DNA of 64,000 nt. Origin: a virus. Below, piece after piece: positions 26,497 to 35,640 of the stretch. The notes beneath the pieces are model-generated. The model was not told the origin of the DNA and did not search any database. It worked only from the letters and a program-made list of their open reading frames with translations. The stretch lies in the IMG/VR virus record IMGVR_UViG_3300042965_000128, positions 7,234-71,233 of that record; one strand, written 5' to 3'. The position numbers and the translations under genes are program-made. Numbering within the stretch: the first letter of the stretch is position 1; every line of letters starts with the position of its first letter.

Positions 26497-27339
26497 ATGC
26501 GTAGTCCGTTGATGATAGTGGGAGGGAAGCGGTATTTAGCGGAGGAGATAGTTTCGTTGATGCCTTCGCATGAGGTGTATGTGGATGTGTTTGGGGGTGG
26601 AGGGCAGGTTTTGTTTGTGAAGGTGCCTTCGCCGATAGAGGTCTATAATGATATAGATTTTGAATTGGTTAATTTTTTTAGGGTTTTGCGTGATCCGGTG
26701 AAGTTTGAGGAGTTTTATAGGCAGGTGAGTTTGATACCTTATTCGAGGGCTGAGTTTGAGTTTTATAAGGGTTTGGAGCCGCGGGATGATGTTGAGCGTG
26801 CGGTGCGGACGTTTGTTTTGATGGCGCAGAGTTTTGATGGTAGGAAGGTGTCGTGGGGTTATAGTTTGAGTTCTGATGTGCGGTTATCGCGGCGTTATTT
26901 TAACAGGATAAAGGAGTTGCCGTTGATTCATGCGCGTTTGCAGAATGTTTTTATAGAGAATGATGATTTTAGGAGGGTTATTGAGCGTTATGATTCGGAG
27001 AGGACTTTGTTTTATATGGATCCGCCTTATGTTGAGGAGAGGAGGTGTTCGAAGAGGGTTTATGAGTTTGAGATGAGTTTGGATGATCATCGTGATTTGG
27101 TTGATATGCTTTTGAGGATTAGGGGTATGGTGATTTTATCATGTTATTATCATGATGTTTATGGGCCTTTGGTTGAGGCTGGTTGGGAGCGTCGTGATTA
27201 TGAGGTTTTTTGTTGGTCGGTGGCGAAGACTCGTAGGACGGGGATAAGGGGTGAAGGTGCGTTAGCGGGGCATAAGCGTGTGGAGACGGTGTTGATGAAG
27301 TTGAATGGTAGGGGGAAGCAGTTGAGTTTGTGGGGTTGA
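26497..27339 (+). CDS. D12-class (Dam-like) N6-adenine DNA methyltransferase
   Basis: GGKRYLA, YVDVFGGGG, EVYNDID, FYMDPPY; start moved to ATG 26497. Confidence 0.9.
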   Translation: MRSPLMIVGGKRYLAEEIVSLMPSHEVYVDVFGGGGQVLFVKVPSPIEVYNDIDFELVNFFRVLRDPVKFEEFYRQVSLIPYSRAEFEFYKGLEPRDDVERAVRTFVLMAQSFDGRKVSWGYSLSSDVRLSRRYFNRIKELPLIHARLQNVFIENDDFRRVIERYDSERTLFYMDPPYVEERRCSKRVYEFEMSLDDHRDLVDMLLRIRGMVILSCYYHDVYGPLVEAGWERRDYEVFCWSVAKTRRTGIRGEGALAGHKRVETVLMKLNGRGKQLSLWG

Positions 27340-27350
27340 GGTGGTAGAAT
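27322..27350 (+). promoter_or_regulatory. sigma70-like promoter
   Basis: TTGAGT, 17-nt spacer, TG-G-TAGAAT; shares GGTAGAATTTGGT with the 25932 promoter. Confidence 0.55.
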
Positions 27351-27365
27351 TTGGTTAGAGGTTAG

Positions 27366-28148
27366 TTGTGGATGAAGAGGTGTTTGGCCAGTCAGGTTGA
27401 TGCGGTGCGAGACAGGCTTGCGCCTGATATTTGGTATTGGGATGGTAGGGGGTATGTGTTGCGTCGTGAGATTTATGAGCAGATATTGTGGTTATTGGAG
27501 GATATGTTTGCGCAGTTTGGTGGTTGGAGGGGTTTGGTGAGGCGAGTTTGTGTGGTGGGTAGTTTGACGACTTTGCAGTATCATGAGTATACGGATTTTG
27601 ATTTGAATATAGAGGTTGATAAGCGTGAGTTTGCGCGCAGGTTTGGTTTGGAGTGTGGTGGTGATTTGTATGGGTGTATGATGAGGCGGTTGTATGGTTG
27701 GTTGGAGGGTGTGCCTGTGGAGGGGACGTTAAGGACGTTTAGTTTGCATGTTTATTTTTATCCGTTTATTTTGGCGAGTGATAATATATATGTGGTTGAT
27801 TTAGGTGGTAGGGGAGGAGGGTATTGGAAGAAGGGGATGAATTTGGTGCCGTGGTGGTTTGATCCTGATAAGGCGTTTAGGGTGATAAAGTTGCGTGTGG
27901 ATGCGTTGAAGCGTGTGTTTAGTAGTTTATTGGGTGCTGGATGCAGGGATAGTAGGGTGGTTGCTTATTTTAAGGCGTTGGAGTGGTTTTTTAAGGAGTG
28001 GAGGCATAGGCGGTTTGTGTTGGCGAATCGTGGGAGGGGTCATTATTTAGCGTATAGGTTTAGTTCGGATTGGGATAGTGGTAATATAGCGGTGAAGTAT
28101 TTGGGTGAGTGGGCGAAGCCATATAAGTTGTTGATTAAGAAGGGATAA
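27366..28148 (+). CDS. Pol-beta superfamily nucleotidyltransferase
   Basis: VVGSL...YHEYTDFDLNI fits hG[S]..DxD. Confidence 0.65.
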   Translation: MWMKRCLASQVDAVRDRLAPDIWYWDGRGYVLRREIYEQILWLLEDMFAQFGGWRGLVRRVCVVGSLTTLQYHEYTDFDLNIEVDKREFARRFGLECGGDLYGCMMRRLYGWLEGVPVEGTLRTFSLHVYFYPFILASDNIYVVDLGGRGGGYWKKGMNLVPWWFDPDKAFRVIKLRVDALKRVFSSLLGAGCRDSRVVAYFKALEWFFKEWRHRRFVLANRGRGHYLAYRFSSDWDSGNIAVKYLGEWAKPYKLLIKKG

Positions 28149-28152
28149 GGCG

Positions 28153-28398
28153 ATGCGTTTCAGGAAGGGTGAGAATGTTTCGTTATATGTTTATGGTGAT
28201 AGTGGGTTGGGATTGGTTGGGAATGTTTTGTATCCTGATGGGGTTTGGCGTATGGGTTTGAGTTTGGTTGAGTTGGTTGGTTTCTGGAGGGGTGTGTATA
28301 AGCTGGATTTGGGTGTTTTAGATGTGGTTGGGTTGTATCTTGTTGAGGTTTTGGGTGGGGGTTATGATTTGCGGTTTGGTTTTGTGGTGGAGGATTGA
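28153..28398 (+). CDS. small beta-rich hypothetical protein
   Basis: resembles the N-domain of the next ORF (PDG...L.E....GVY). Confidence 0.55.
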   Translation: MRFRKGENVSLYVYGDSGLGLVGNVLYPDGVWRMGLSLVELVGFWRGVYKLDLGVLDVVGLYLVEVLGGGYDLRFGFVVED

Positions 28399-28404
28399 TG
28401 TTAG

Positions 28405-29244
28405 ATGGAGCGGTATAGTTTGGGAAGTATGGTTTATATTTTAGTGACGCCTCTGGATGAGCAGGGAAATTATGTGAGTGGTGTTGGTGTTTTGATGGAT
28501 ATTTTGCGTCCGGATGGTGAGGTTGTGCGGAATATACCGTTGGTGGAATCAGGGTTGAGTGGTGTTTATTATGCGGTGTATGGTGATACGGATATTTTAG
28601 GGGATTATTTGTATGTGGTGTATGCGGTGGATTTTGAGCCTGCGTGTGGTTTATTCAGGGTAGTTTCAGGGGAGGTTGTATCGGGATACAGGGTTCATAT
28701 TCGTGCGGTTGATGATGCGGGAAATGGTGTAAGTGGTGTGCTTGTTGGTATTTATAGTGGTGCTGGTGGTGTGGATCTGGTTTTGATGCGTGTGACTGGT
28801 GTGGATGGTTCGGTGGATGTCCAGCTGCCGCAAGGTGAGTATGTTTTAAGGGCCTGGCATGATGGTATGTTTTTTGAGGATGTGGTGGTGCGGGTCAATA
28901 GTGATATGACTGTGTTGATGTCTGGTATATATGTTGATGTGGGTATGCCGCAGGATGCGCGGTTGATTCGTATATATGGTTTTTTAGCGGATCTCGGATT
29001 GAGTCTGGATAGGGTGCATAAGGCGGAGGTTTTATTTACGCTTGCGGATGTGCCGCAGTTTGTTGATAATACCTTGTTGTTGCGGTTTCCGGTTCGTGCG
29101 GTTATAGACAGGCGGACGGGTTTTTTTTATGCGGATGTTGTGCGTGGTATTCGTGTTATAGTTGCGTGTCCTGATGCGCAGTTTTATCGGTTGATAAGGG
29201 TTCCGGATACTGGTTTCGCTGTTAGGTTGCGGGATTTGTTGTGA
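28405..29244 (+). CDS. Ig/transthyretin-like beta-sandwich virion protein
   Basis: D..GN.VSGV repeated twice; TGVDG...LPQGEY.L. Confidence 0.55.
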   Translation: MERYSLGSMVYILVTPLDEQGNYVSGVGVLMDILRPDGEVVRNIPLVESGLSGVYYAVYGDTDILGDYLYVVYAVDFEPACGLFRVVSGEVVSGYRVHIRAVDDAGNGVSGVLVGIYSGAGGVDLVLMRVTGVDGSVDVQLPQGEYVLRAWHDGMFFEDVVVRVNSDMTVLMSGIYVDVGMPQDARLIRIYGFLADLGLSLDRVHKAEVLFTLADVPQFVDNTLLLRFPVRAVIDRRTGFFYADVVRGIRVIVACPDAQFYRLIRVPDTGFAVRLRDLL

Positions 29245-29606
29245 TGAAGGCGTTTGATGAGTTTATAAGGGATATTTTGCGTGGGGGTCTGGTTGAGGTG
29301 GAAGGTGCTGGTGATGATGGTGATGGTGGTGATGTTATGCGTTCGGTGGTGGATGGTGTGCGTGTATTTGTTGAGTGGTTGCGTTCGTTGAGTGATGATG
29401 ATTTGATGAGGGTGGTTGATGCGATAAGTTCTTTGATTGAGATGGGTTTGCTTGATACGTTGTTGCGTGATACGGTGGAGTTCAGGGTATTTATGCTGGT
29501 GGCGAAGTTGGTGGTGCTTGAGGTTTGTGCACGTGTGGGGATAGTGCGGTATGGTTTTGAATCTGGTGAGTTGAGGGTGGATATGCTCGTTGAGTCAGAT
29601 GCTTGA
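29241..29606 (+). CDS. hypothetical protein
   Basis: GTGA overlap, 121 aa. Confidence 0.6.
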   Translation: MMKAFDEFIRDILRGGLVEVEGAGDDGDGGDVMRSVVDGVRVFVEWLRSLSDDDLMRVVDAISSLIEMGLLDTLLRDTVEFRVFMLVAKLVVLEVCARVGIVRYGFESGELRVDMLVESDA

Positions 29607-29631
29607 TTAGATTGATTTTTTGTGTTAGTAT
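29603..29631 (+). promoter_or_regulatory. sigma70-like promoter
   Basis: TTGATT, 17-nt spacer, TG-T-TAGTAT, ahead of the hairpin-protein cluster. Confidence 0.5.
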
Positions 29632-29657
29632 GTGGTTAGCAGGAATTGGAGGTGTGA

Positions 29658-29957
29658 GTGATGGATGAGATAAGGAGCAAGAAGGAGGCGGCGAGTAGGC
29701 TTTCTAAGGAGATTGCGAGTATTTCGAAGAACATCTGGATTGCCCTTGCGAATTTGAGTTTTGTTGTGAACGATATTGAGGATAGGATAAGGCGTAATGA
29801 GTTTTTTTTGGGGTCTAAGGCGAATGAAGAGATATTGCGGCATGTGCGCAGGATGCATAGTTTTTATGATCGGCAACTTCGTCATGGGTATATTGGGGAT
29901 TTGTTATGGTATGAGCTGGTTAAGGTTTTGGAAAAGGAATTGGGTGTGAGGCTTTGA
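29658..29957 (+). CDS. small helical protein, possible hairpin-family member
   Basis: RBS GGAGGTG; all-helical 99 aa. Confidence 0.65.
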   Translation: MMDEIRSKKEAASRLSKEIASISKNIWIALANLSFVVNDIEDRIRRNEFFLGSKANEEILRHVRRMHSFYDRQLRHGYIGDLLWYELVKVLEKELGVRL

Positions 29958-30034
29958 TGGTTGTGGATTTTTGGTTGATGTGGTTGAATGGATTGGTTGG
30001 TGCGGATGGTTGATATGTTTGGTGATGGATAGAG

Positions 30035-30361
30035 ATGGGTGTGTATACATATAAGTTTAAGAAGTTTATAGCAGAGTTGCTTGAGGGTCCGGTGAAAAGG
30101 CATTTTACGGAGGTTTATGCGTTGCTGGATGATATTGAGGAATTGTTGAATATTGCTTATGAGGACGAGGGGATTTTGGGTCCGGGTTATGAGCAGGTGA
30201 GGCGGGTGTTTGATGAGATGAAGGGGCGGATTTTTGAGTATGAGGAGATGTTTCAGGAGTTGATGGATCTGGCTGAGTCTTTGGAGGAGGAGGCGGAGAG
30301 GAAGGAGCGTGAGTGGTTGAAGAGGAAGGAGGAGATGAGGAAGTTGAAGGAGGGTAAATAA
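30035..30361 (+). CDS. helical-hairpin paralog family member
   Basis: turn IAYEDEGILGPGYEQV. Confidence 0.7.
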   Translation: MGVYTYKFKKFIAELLEGPVKRHFTEVYALLDDIEELLNIAYEDEGILGPGYEQVRRVFDEMKGRIFEYEEMFQELMDLAESLEEEAERKEREWLKRKEEMRKLKEGK

Positions 30362-30376
30362 TAGGGGAGGCGCGCG

Positions 30377-30634
30377 ATGACGTGGAGAGATTTTGTGAGT
30401 AAGGTTGTGCAGATTATAGATAAGGAGCTTGATTTATTGAAGCGTTTGAATAAGTGGAATACGGATATTGAGTTTGATGTGAGGGATGCGCTTAAGCAGG
30501 GTAGTGTGAGTAGGCGTGTGCATGATCGGATAGTGCTCGGGTTATGTGGTCCGAAGATTCAGGATGTTTGGGATATGATAAGGATTTTGGAGGATTTGCG
30601 TGATTATATATTGAGGCTTCCCCCGAGGAGGTGA
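30377..30634 (+). CDS. helical-hairpin paralog family member
   Basis: turn DALKQGSVSRRVHDRI. Confidence 0.75.
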   Translation: MTWRDFVSKVVQIIDKELDLLKRLNKWNTDIEFDVRDALKQGSVSRRVHDRIVLGLCGPKIQDVWDMIRILEDLRDYILRLPPRR

Positions 30635-30638
30635 AGAG

Positions 30639-30881
30639 ATGAAGAGAGAGGATTTGGTTAAGCGTGTGGAGGAGAAGGTTGTTATAGAGGAGGAGGTGGT
30701 GGAAGAGCTGGAGAGTCTGGAAGATATGCTTGAGAAGGTGATTAATGATGCGTATAATTCGGGTCTGCTGACAGAGGGTGAGTATGAGGAAATAATGGAG
30801 ATGATTGATGAAAAGAGGAGAGTTTTGTATGATATCAAGCGGAGAGTGGAAGGTTTAATAGATGTGGTGGATGAGTTGTAG
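30639..30881 (+). CDS. helical-hairpin paralog family member (acidic)
   Basis: turn DAYNSGLLTEGEYEEI. Confidence 0.8.
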   Translation: MKREDLVKRVEEKVVIEEEVVEELESLEDMLEKVINDAYNSGLLTEGEYEEIMEMIDEKRRVLYDIKRRVEGLIDVVDEL

Positions 30882-30883
30882 TC

Positions 30884-31066
30884 ATGTTTAAGCGTTATTC
30901 GGTGGTTGAGGTTCGTGGTGTGAAGCGGGTGAATGTGTTTTGCAGGAAGTGTGGTTTCATACATGATGCTTCGGTTGATTGTAAGCTTGAGAGTGTTAAG
31001 GTTCTGGAACCTGGAGGGATTAAGATTCGTCGGAATGGGATTAAGGATGATGAGGTTGAGGGGTGA
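30884..31066 (+). CDS. small Cys-containing (Zn-ribbon-like) protein
   Basis: FCRKCGFIH. Confidence 0.45.
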   Translation: MFKRYSVVEVRGVKRVNVFCRKCGFIHDASVDCKLESVKVLEPGGIKIRRNGIKDDEVEG

Positions 31067-31993
31067 ATGATGTTTTTTAGGGTGGCATCTGTTCCGTTTA
31101 AGGTGATAGGAGGGTTTGATAAGTTCAGGCGTTATGCTGAGAGTTCTGAAGTAGCGGCTAATTTGATAGATACAGCGATTTTTGAGAAGTTGTCGCCTGT
31201 TTATAAGATCTCGCCTGATCCTAAGGATTATGGGTTTTTGTCGGCGTTGGCGGTTCGTGCGAATGTTCCGAATAATAATGGTGATGCGATATCGCGTGAG
31301 GAGCTTTTCAGGTATAGGCCGCACAGGGGGTGCAGGACATTTGAGACGTTTATAAACTCGCCATTGCATATAAATCATTTTAGTCAGGAGCCTTCGCTTG
31401 CGCGTGGTTTCATAATTGATGCGATTTATAATGACCGTGATGAGCCGTTTGAGTTTGTTGAGGTTGTTGTGGCTGTAGATAAGACGAAGGATCCTTATCT
31501 GGCGGATATGTTGTTGAGTGGTAAGATTAATAAGTTTTCGATGGGTTCGCTTGTGGAGGCGATAAAGTGTAGTTTGAGTAGTTGTGGTAAGGTGGCGCAT
31601 AGTGAGGATGAGTTGTGTGACCATTTGAAGAGGCAGCGTATGCAGTATGTGAATGGGGAGCTTGTGTTTGGCTGGAATATAGGTGTTGATTATGAGGAGT
31701 TGAGTGTGGTTTCTAACCCTGCGGAGCGGTTTGCGACAACGCGTCATATATTTGGTGGGTTGCCTTCGCATTTGACGAGTTTTGTGCGGAGTTTACCTGC
31801 GCGGACTCGTGTGGGTTTGATGGAGCGGTATGCGGCTGCGCATTCTCGCAGGGGTTTGGTGGTATGGGCGGACTTGTTTGAGCTTGATGATGCGGATCGT
31901 GCGGAGATTGCCGATTTTTTGAGGGTTTATGCGGGTCGTATTCCAGAATCGGTTGTGAGGGCGTTGAAGAAGGTTTTGTCGGTGGTGGAGTGA
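31067..31993 (+). CDS. prohead (capsid maturation) protease
   Basis: NNNGDA..REEL, TF...P.HINH, RGFIIDA, FSMG, CS..CG...CDH, ELSVVSNPA; position before scaffold and capsid genes. Confidence 0.75.
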   Translation: MMFFRVASVPFKVIGGFDKFRRYAESSEVAANLIDTAIFEKLSPVYKISPDPKDYGFLSALAVRANVPNNNGDAISREELFRYRPHRGCRTFETFINSPLHINHFSQEPSLARGFIIDAIYNDRDEPFEFVEVVVAVDKTKDPYLADMLLSGKINKFSMGSLVEAIKCSLSSCGKVAHSEDELCDHLKRQRMQYVNGELVFGWNIGVDYEELSVVSNPAERFATTRHIFGGLPSHLTSFVRSLPARTRVGLMERYAAAHSRRGLVVWADLFELDDADRAEIADFLRVYAGRIPESVVRALKKVLSVVE

Positions 31994-32019
31994 GATTTTG
32001 CTCGATTTTTGGTTTCGAT

Positions 32020-32048
32020 TTGACTTGGGTGGGTTTTTTGCATATAAT
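32020..32048 (+). promoter_or_regulatory. sigma70-like promoter for the scaffold/capsid operon
   Basis: TTGACT, 17-nt spacer, TATAAT. Confidence 0.75.
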
Positions 32049-32071
32049 TGAATTAAAGGATAAGAAGGTGG

Positions 32072-33667
32072 ATGATGTTTGATTTAAACAAGAGGCTGGA
32101 GAATTTGAAGTTGCGTTATGCTAATGCAGACCCGGTGGGTAGGGATCTGTTGCGTGATATTATTTTGAATCTTGCTGCGATGAGTGGTCAGCTTGATTCG
32201 GTGAGGAAGTGGATGGAGGATGTGGATTTGCAGCGGGTTAGGGCGCAGGAGGAAGAGAAGAGTCCGCCTGTGGAGGAAGTCAAGCCTGAGCCTGCGCCTG
32301 AGAAGGAGCCTGAGGTGGAGCCTGCGGTTGTGCCTGTGGAGGAGAAGTCGCCTGTGGAGCCTGTTGAGGAGAAGCGAGAGGTTGAGCCTGAGAAGGAGGT
32401 GTCTACAGATACGAAGTTGCTTGAGATAAGGGATGCGCTTAAGGATGTTGTGAAGCGGTTGTCGGATTTGTGGGAGAAGGTGGAGGATATAGAGGATGCG
32501 GTTGCGCAGCATAAGCGTTTGATAGAGCGGATGATGGGTTCGCCTGAAGAGTTTTTGAAGAAGAAGAAGGAGCTGGAGGAGAAGGATGTGATAACTCCGC
32601 AGGAGTTTGGATTAAGATTTTATTCAGATGAGAAGAATGGTCCGGGGAATTATAAATTTCGTATAAGGAGGAAAGCAATGGCGGAGAATAAAGAGGAGAA
32701 AAAAGAGGAGATAAAGGAGGAGGAGAAGAAGGAGGAGGTGAAGGAGGGATCACTTGATCCTACGGCGAGGAGGAAGAGAAGGCTTGCGCTGTTGAGGAGT
32801 GCGCAGGGTGATGAGAAGCCCAGGACGCTGTCGGATTTTTACAAGGTGAAGGAGGATATTGAGAAGATGAAGAAGCTGCCGCAGATACCTGAAACGCCTT
32901 ATGTTACGGAGGAGCAGTTGAGGTCAAGGTTTGAGCGTGAGAAGGAGAAGTATCCGCTGTGGTTGAAGAAGCTTGCGGCTGATTACGATGCTGACAGGAA
33001 TGTGTGGTACATATTGCATGATGGCAAGCCCCTTTACGAAGTTTCCTATTCGAAGTCGTTAGCGCCTACGGTAGATGATTTTGCGAGCAGGACATTCGGG
33101 AAGCTTCTTCTGAAGGATTTTATCCAGCTTGGTGATGAGGAGTTCATCAGGAAGTATGGTGCGAATCCATGCCCCGGTGAGGGTGAGAAGGAGGAGAAGA
33201 AGGAGCCTAAGGAGGAGAAGAAGGAAGGGTTCGAGTTGAGGTTCATGCAGGGTTTAGGGCTCGTGAAGCAGATGCTGGATAAGAACCTGGTTGATAATCC
33301 CTTGAAGGCTGCGCTGTTTGAGGAGATGACGAGGAGGGGTGTGCAGGATCCGGTTTCGATAATTGAAACCGCATTCAGGCAGGCCGCGGGAAGGTTTTTT
33401 GATACGGTGGTAGCACTTGCGAGGAAGTATGCGGATTTAGATTCGAAGACATTTGCTGAGATTGAGGCTTTTGTGAAGGAAGCGCGTGTGCAGGAGATTC
33501 ATGGTGAAGAGGATATGAGTTTTACGGAGAAGGTGGCTGCGCAGGAGTTGAGGAGAAGGGCTGCTGAAGGTTCAATTCCACTTCTGTCCGATTCGGTTCC
33601 TTACGATCCTTTGAGGGAAGCGATTCCGAAGCCACAGAATTGGCAGGCGGTGAGAAAAAATAAATAG
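32072..33667 (+). CDS. putative capsid scaffolding protein
   Basis: highly charged with P/E and EEKKEE tracts; lies between protease and capsid genes. Confidence 0.6.
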   Translation: MMFDLNKRLENLKLRYANADPVGRDLLRDIILNLAAMSGQLDSVRKWMEDVDLQRVRAQEEEKSPPVEEVKPEPAPEKEPEVEPAVVPVEEKSPVEPVEEKREVEPEKEVSTDTKLLEIRDALKDVVKRLSDLWEKVEDIEDAVAQHKRLIERMMGSPEEFLKKKKELEEKDVITPQEFGLRFYSDEKNGPGNYKFRIRRKAMAENKEEKKEEIKEEEKKEEVKEGSLDPTARRKRRLALLRSAQGDEKPRTLSDFYKVKEDIEKMKKLPQIPETPYVTEEQLRSRFEREKEKYPLWLKKLAADYDADRNVWYILHDGKPLYEVSYSKSLAPTVDDFASRTFGKLLLKDFIQLGDEEFIRKYGANPCPGEGEKEEKKEPKEEKKEGFELRFMQGLGLVKQMLDKNLVDNPLKAALFEEMTRRGVQDPVSIIETAFRQAAGRFFDTVVALARKYADLDSKTFAEIEAFVKEARVQEIHGEEDMSFTEKVAAQELRRRAAEGSIPLLSDSVPYDPLREAIPKPQNWQAVRKNK

Positions 33668-33680
33668 GAGGTGACGAGCA

Positions 33681-34376
33681 ATGATAGATACAAAAAGAAG
33701 TAGGGTAGAACAGAGGCCATTTTTCAAGGTAGATCCCACTGCGGTGTGGGAAGCGGGGCAGATAGCAACGCTAAAGAATATTGGAGGGGAGACGGTGGTT
33801 ACATTGCTGACGGATCCTGTGAATGAGGTTCCGCTTGGTGTATTCTGGAGACCGAAGGCAATAACACTTACTGAGGCTGTTAAGGAGAGGGTCAAGTTAA
33901 TTGGAACCGAGAATATTTCGCTTTCACACGCGAATATTGAGGATGCTTCAGAAATTGTGACTGATTTATCGGAGGCCACGAGGTATACAAGGGGAACGGA
34001 TTATACGATTAACTATGTGAATGGGTTGGTTGCGAGGATTGCTACGGGTGGTATTGCTGATGGTCAGGAAGTTCTTGTGACTTACAGGTATAAGAAGACG
34101 GCACAGGAGATAGCGATGCAACCACAGAGGTTTGAGCGTGTTCCTGATGCGACCCTGGGTTCCGGAATGGTAACAGTGATAATGGGGCATGCGATTATCT
34201 ATACTGACCAGTATGATACTTCACAGCAGTATTCGTTGAATGCGGCGTTGTATGTGAATGAGCAGGGCAGGTTCACTTCTGCGAATACCGGTAGCAGGGT
34301 TGTTGGAAAGGTTATAGCGGTGCCAACGGTGGGGTATCCACTGCTTGGTGTTGAATTAAGACCGACGATTATTTAA
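33681..34376 (+). CDS. putative head decoration/cement protein with an inserted beta-sandwich
   Basis: directly upstream of the capsid gene; GSGMVTV...YTDQYD...LYV...G.FT; insert RGTDYTINYVNG. Confidence 0.65.
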   Translation: MIDTKRSRVEQRPFFKVDPTAVWEAGQIATLKNIGGETVVTLLTDPVNEVPLGVFWRPKAITLTEAVKERVKLIGTENISLSHANIEDASEIVTDLSEATRYTRGTDYTINYVNGLVARIATGGIADGQEVLVTYRYKKTAQEIAMQPQRFERVPDATLGSGMVTVIMGHAIIYTDQYDTSQQYSLNAALYVNEQGRFTSANTGSRVVGKVIAVPTVGYPLLGVELRPTII

Positions 34377-34395
34377 AAATAATGTATAAGGAGGT

Positions 34396-35619
34396 GTGAA
34401 AATGGGAAATCCTTATCTACCAAAAGATATTGAGGAGTTAATACCAAAAAGAAAACCGCAGGTAGGTTCGCAGACAGAACCTCAGGTTCAGTCTCAGCCT
34501 CAGGTTTCTGGGAAGAAGATTGACCCGCTTGAGGTTGAGCAGAAGCTGAGGTGGGTGGATGCGAGGACTGGTGAGGAGATTAATCCACCCGCGTTTGGTG
34601 GTTATACCAGGGCGGGAACTCCTCGGTATAGTGAAGGCAGGATGTTTACTGATAAGGGTGAGTTGAATGCGAGTGATAAGGCGGATGCATGGAGGAATAT
34701 CCAGCACTTTTTCAACGTGTTGAGTTCTTCGAAGCCGATGTTGATACCGAGGGGGCAGACGCTTGAGCAGTATATGAGTGTTCTTGCGGAGTATCTGTCG
34801 GATCCAACTGGAGTTGGGTTTGCAAGGGTAGGTCAGGAGCTCCTCAATCCTATCAGAGAGGTTATAGATTATGAGGGTTGGGCACGAAAAATACTCACCG
34901 TGAGACCCGTTCATCGTGGTGAAGTAGTCAAATACGATAGGGATGTGTTTGTGCTTGCCTGGGTGATTGGAGAGGATGGTCAGACGCCTGAGAGTGCGGT
35001 TGGTGGTGAGCACTTCTATCCGCCTGAATTTGAGGTTACGGCACTTCCTACTCTGGAGCTGAGGAATATCTTTCAGGCACAGTATGATATAATTGCGAGG
35101 ACACAGGACAGGGCCAGGCAGGCGATTGAGTATCAGGAGGATATGGCTTGTAAGAGACTTCTCGAGAGGGCAGCAACGACTGTGAATAAGGTGATTGGTT
35201 TTTCGGCACTTGATCTCAGTTCGATTGAGCAGTTGAGGCTCCAGGTTGAGAGACACAGGTTAATTGCTGATAAGATACTTATTAACAGGGCGGAGCTTTC
35301 GGATATAATCAATCTGATACCTCAGGTTGACCCTGTTACACAGAGGACATTGTTCATGCTCGGGTATGTTGGGCAGATTTACAATATGTCCATCATTGTG
35401 AGTGCTGGTGTGAATACATTTGAGGTTGTATTGCCTGGAGAGGTATATGTGGTGACATTGCCCGAGTATTTAGGTGGAATGCCTATAAGGGTTGAGTTAA
35501 CGAGTCAGCCGGTCAATATGTTCTGGACTGGAAGGGCGGCACAGGGTTGGTTCTGGTATTCGTTGCTGTCGATGATAATAATCAATCCTGCGGGTGTAGC
35601 GAAGGGAATAAAAATTTAA
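34396..35619 (+). CDS. major capsid protein (HK97 fold)
   Basis: NPIREVIDYEGWARK, PPEFEV, YDIIARTQDRARQAIEYQED, C-terminal IINPAGV; recalled resemblance to Bxz1-like myovirus capsid proteins. Confidence 0.85.
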   Translation: MKMGNPYLPKDIEELIPKRKPQVGSQTEPQVQSQPQVSGKKIDPLEVEQKLRWVDARTGEEINPPAFGGYTRAGTPRYSEGRMFTDKGELNASDKADAWRNIQHFFNVLSSSKPMLIPRGQTLEQYMSVLAEYLSDPTGVGFARVGQELLNPIREVIDYEGWARKILTVRPVHRGEVVKYDRDVFVLAWVIGEDGQTPESAVGGEHFYPPEFEVTALPTLELRNIFQAQYDIIARTQDRARQAIEYQEDMACKRLLERAATTVNKVIGFSALDLSSIEQLRLQVERHRLIADKILINRAELSDIINLIPQVDPVTQRTLFMLGYVGQIYNMSIIVSAGVNTFEVVLPGEVYVVTLPEYLGGMPIRVELTSQPVNMFWTGRAAQGWFWYSLLSMIIINPAGVAKGIKI

Positions 35620-35640
35620 GATAAGGTAGGAGGTGTTAAA

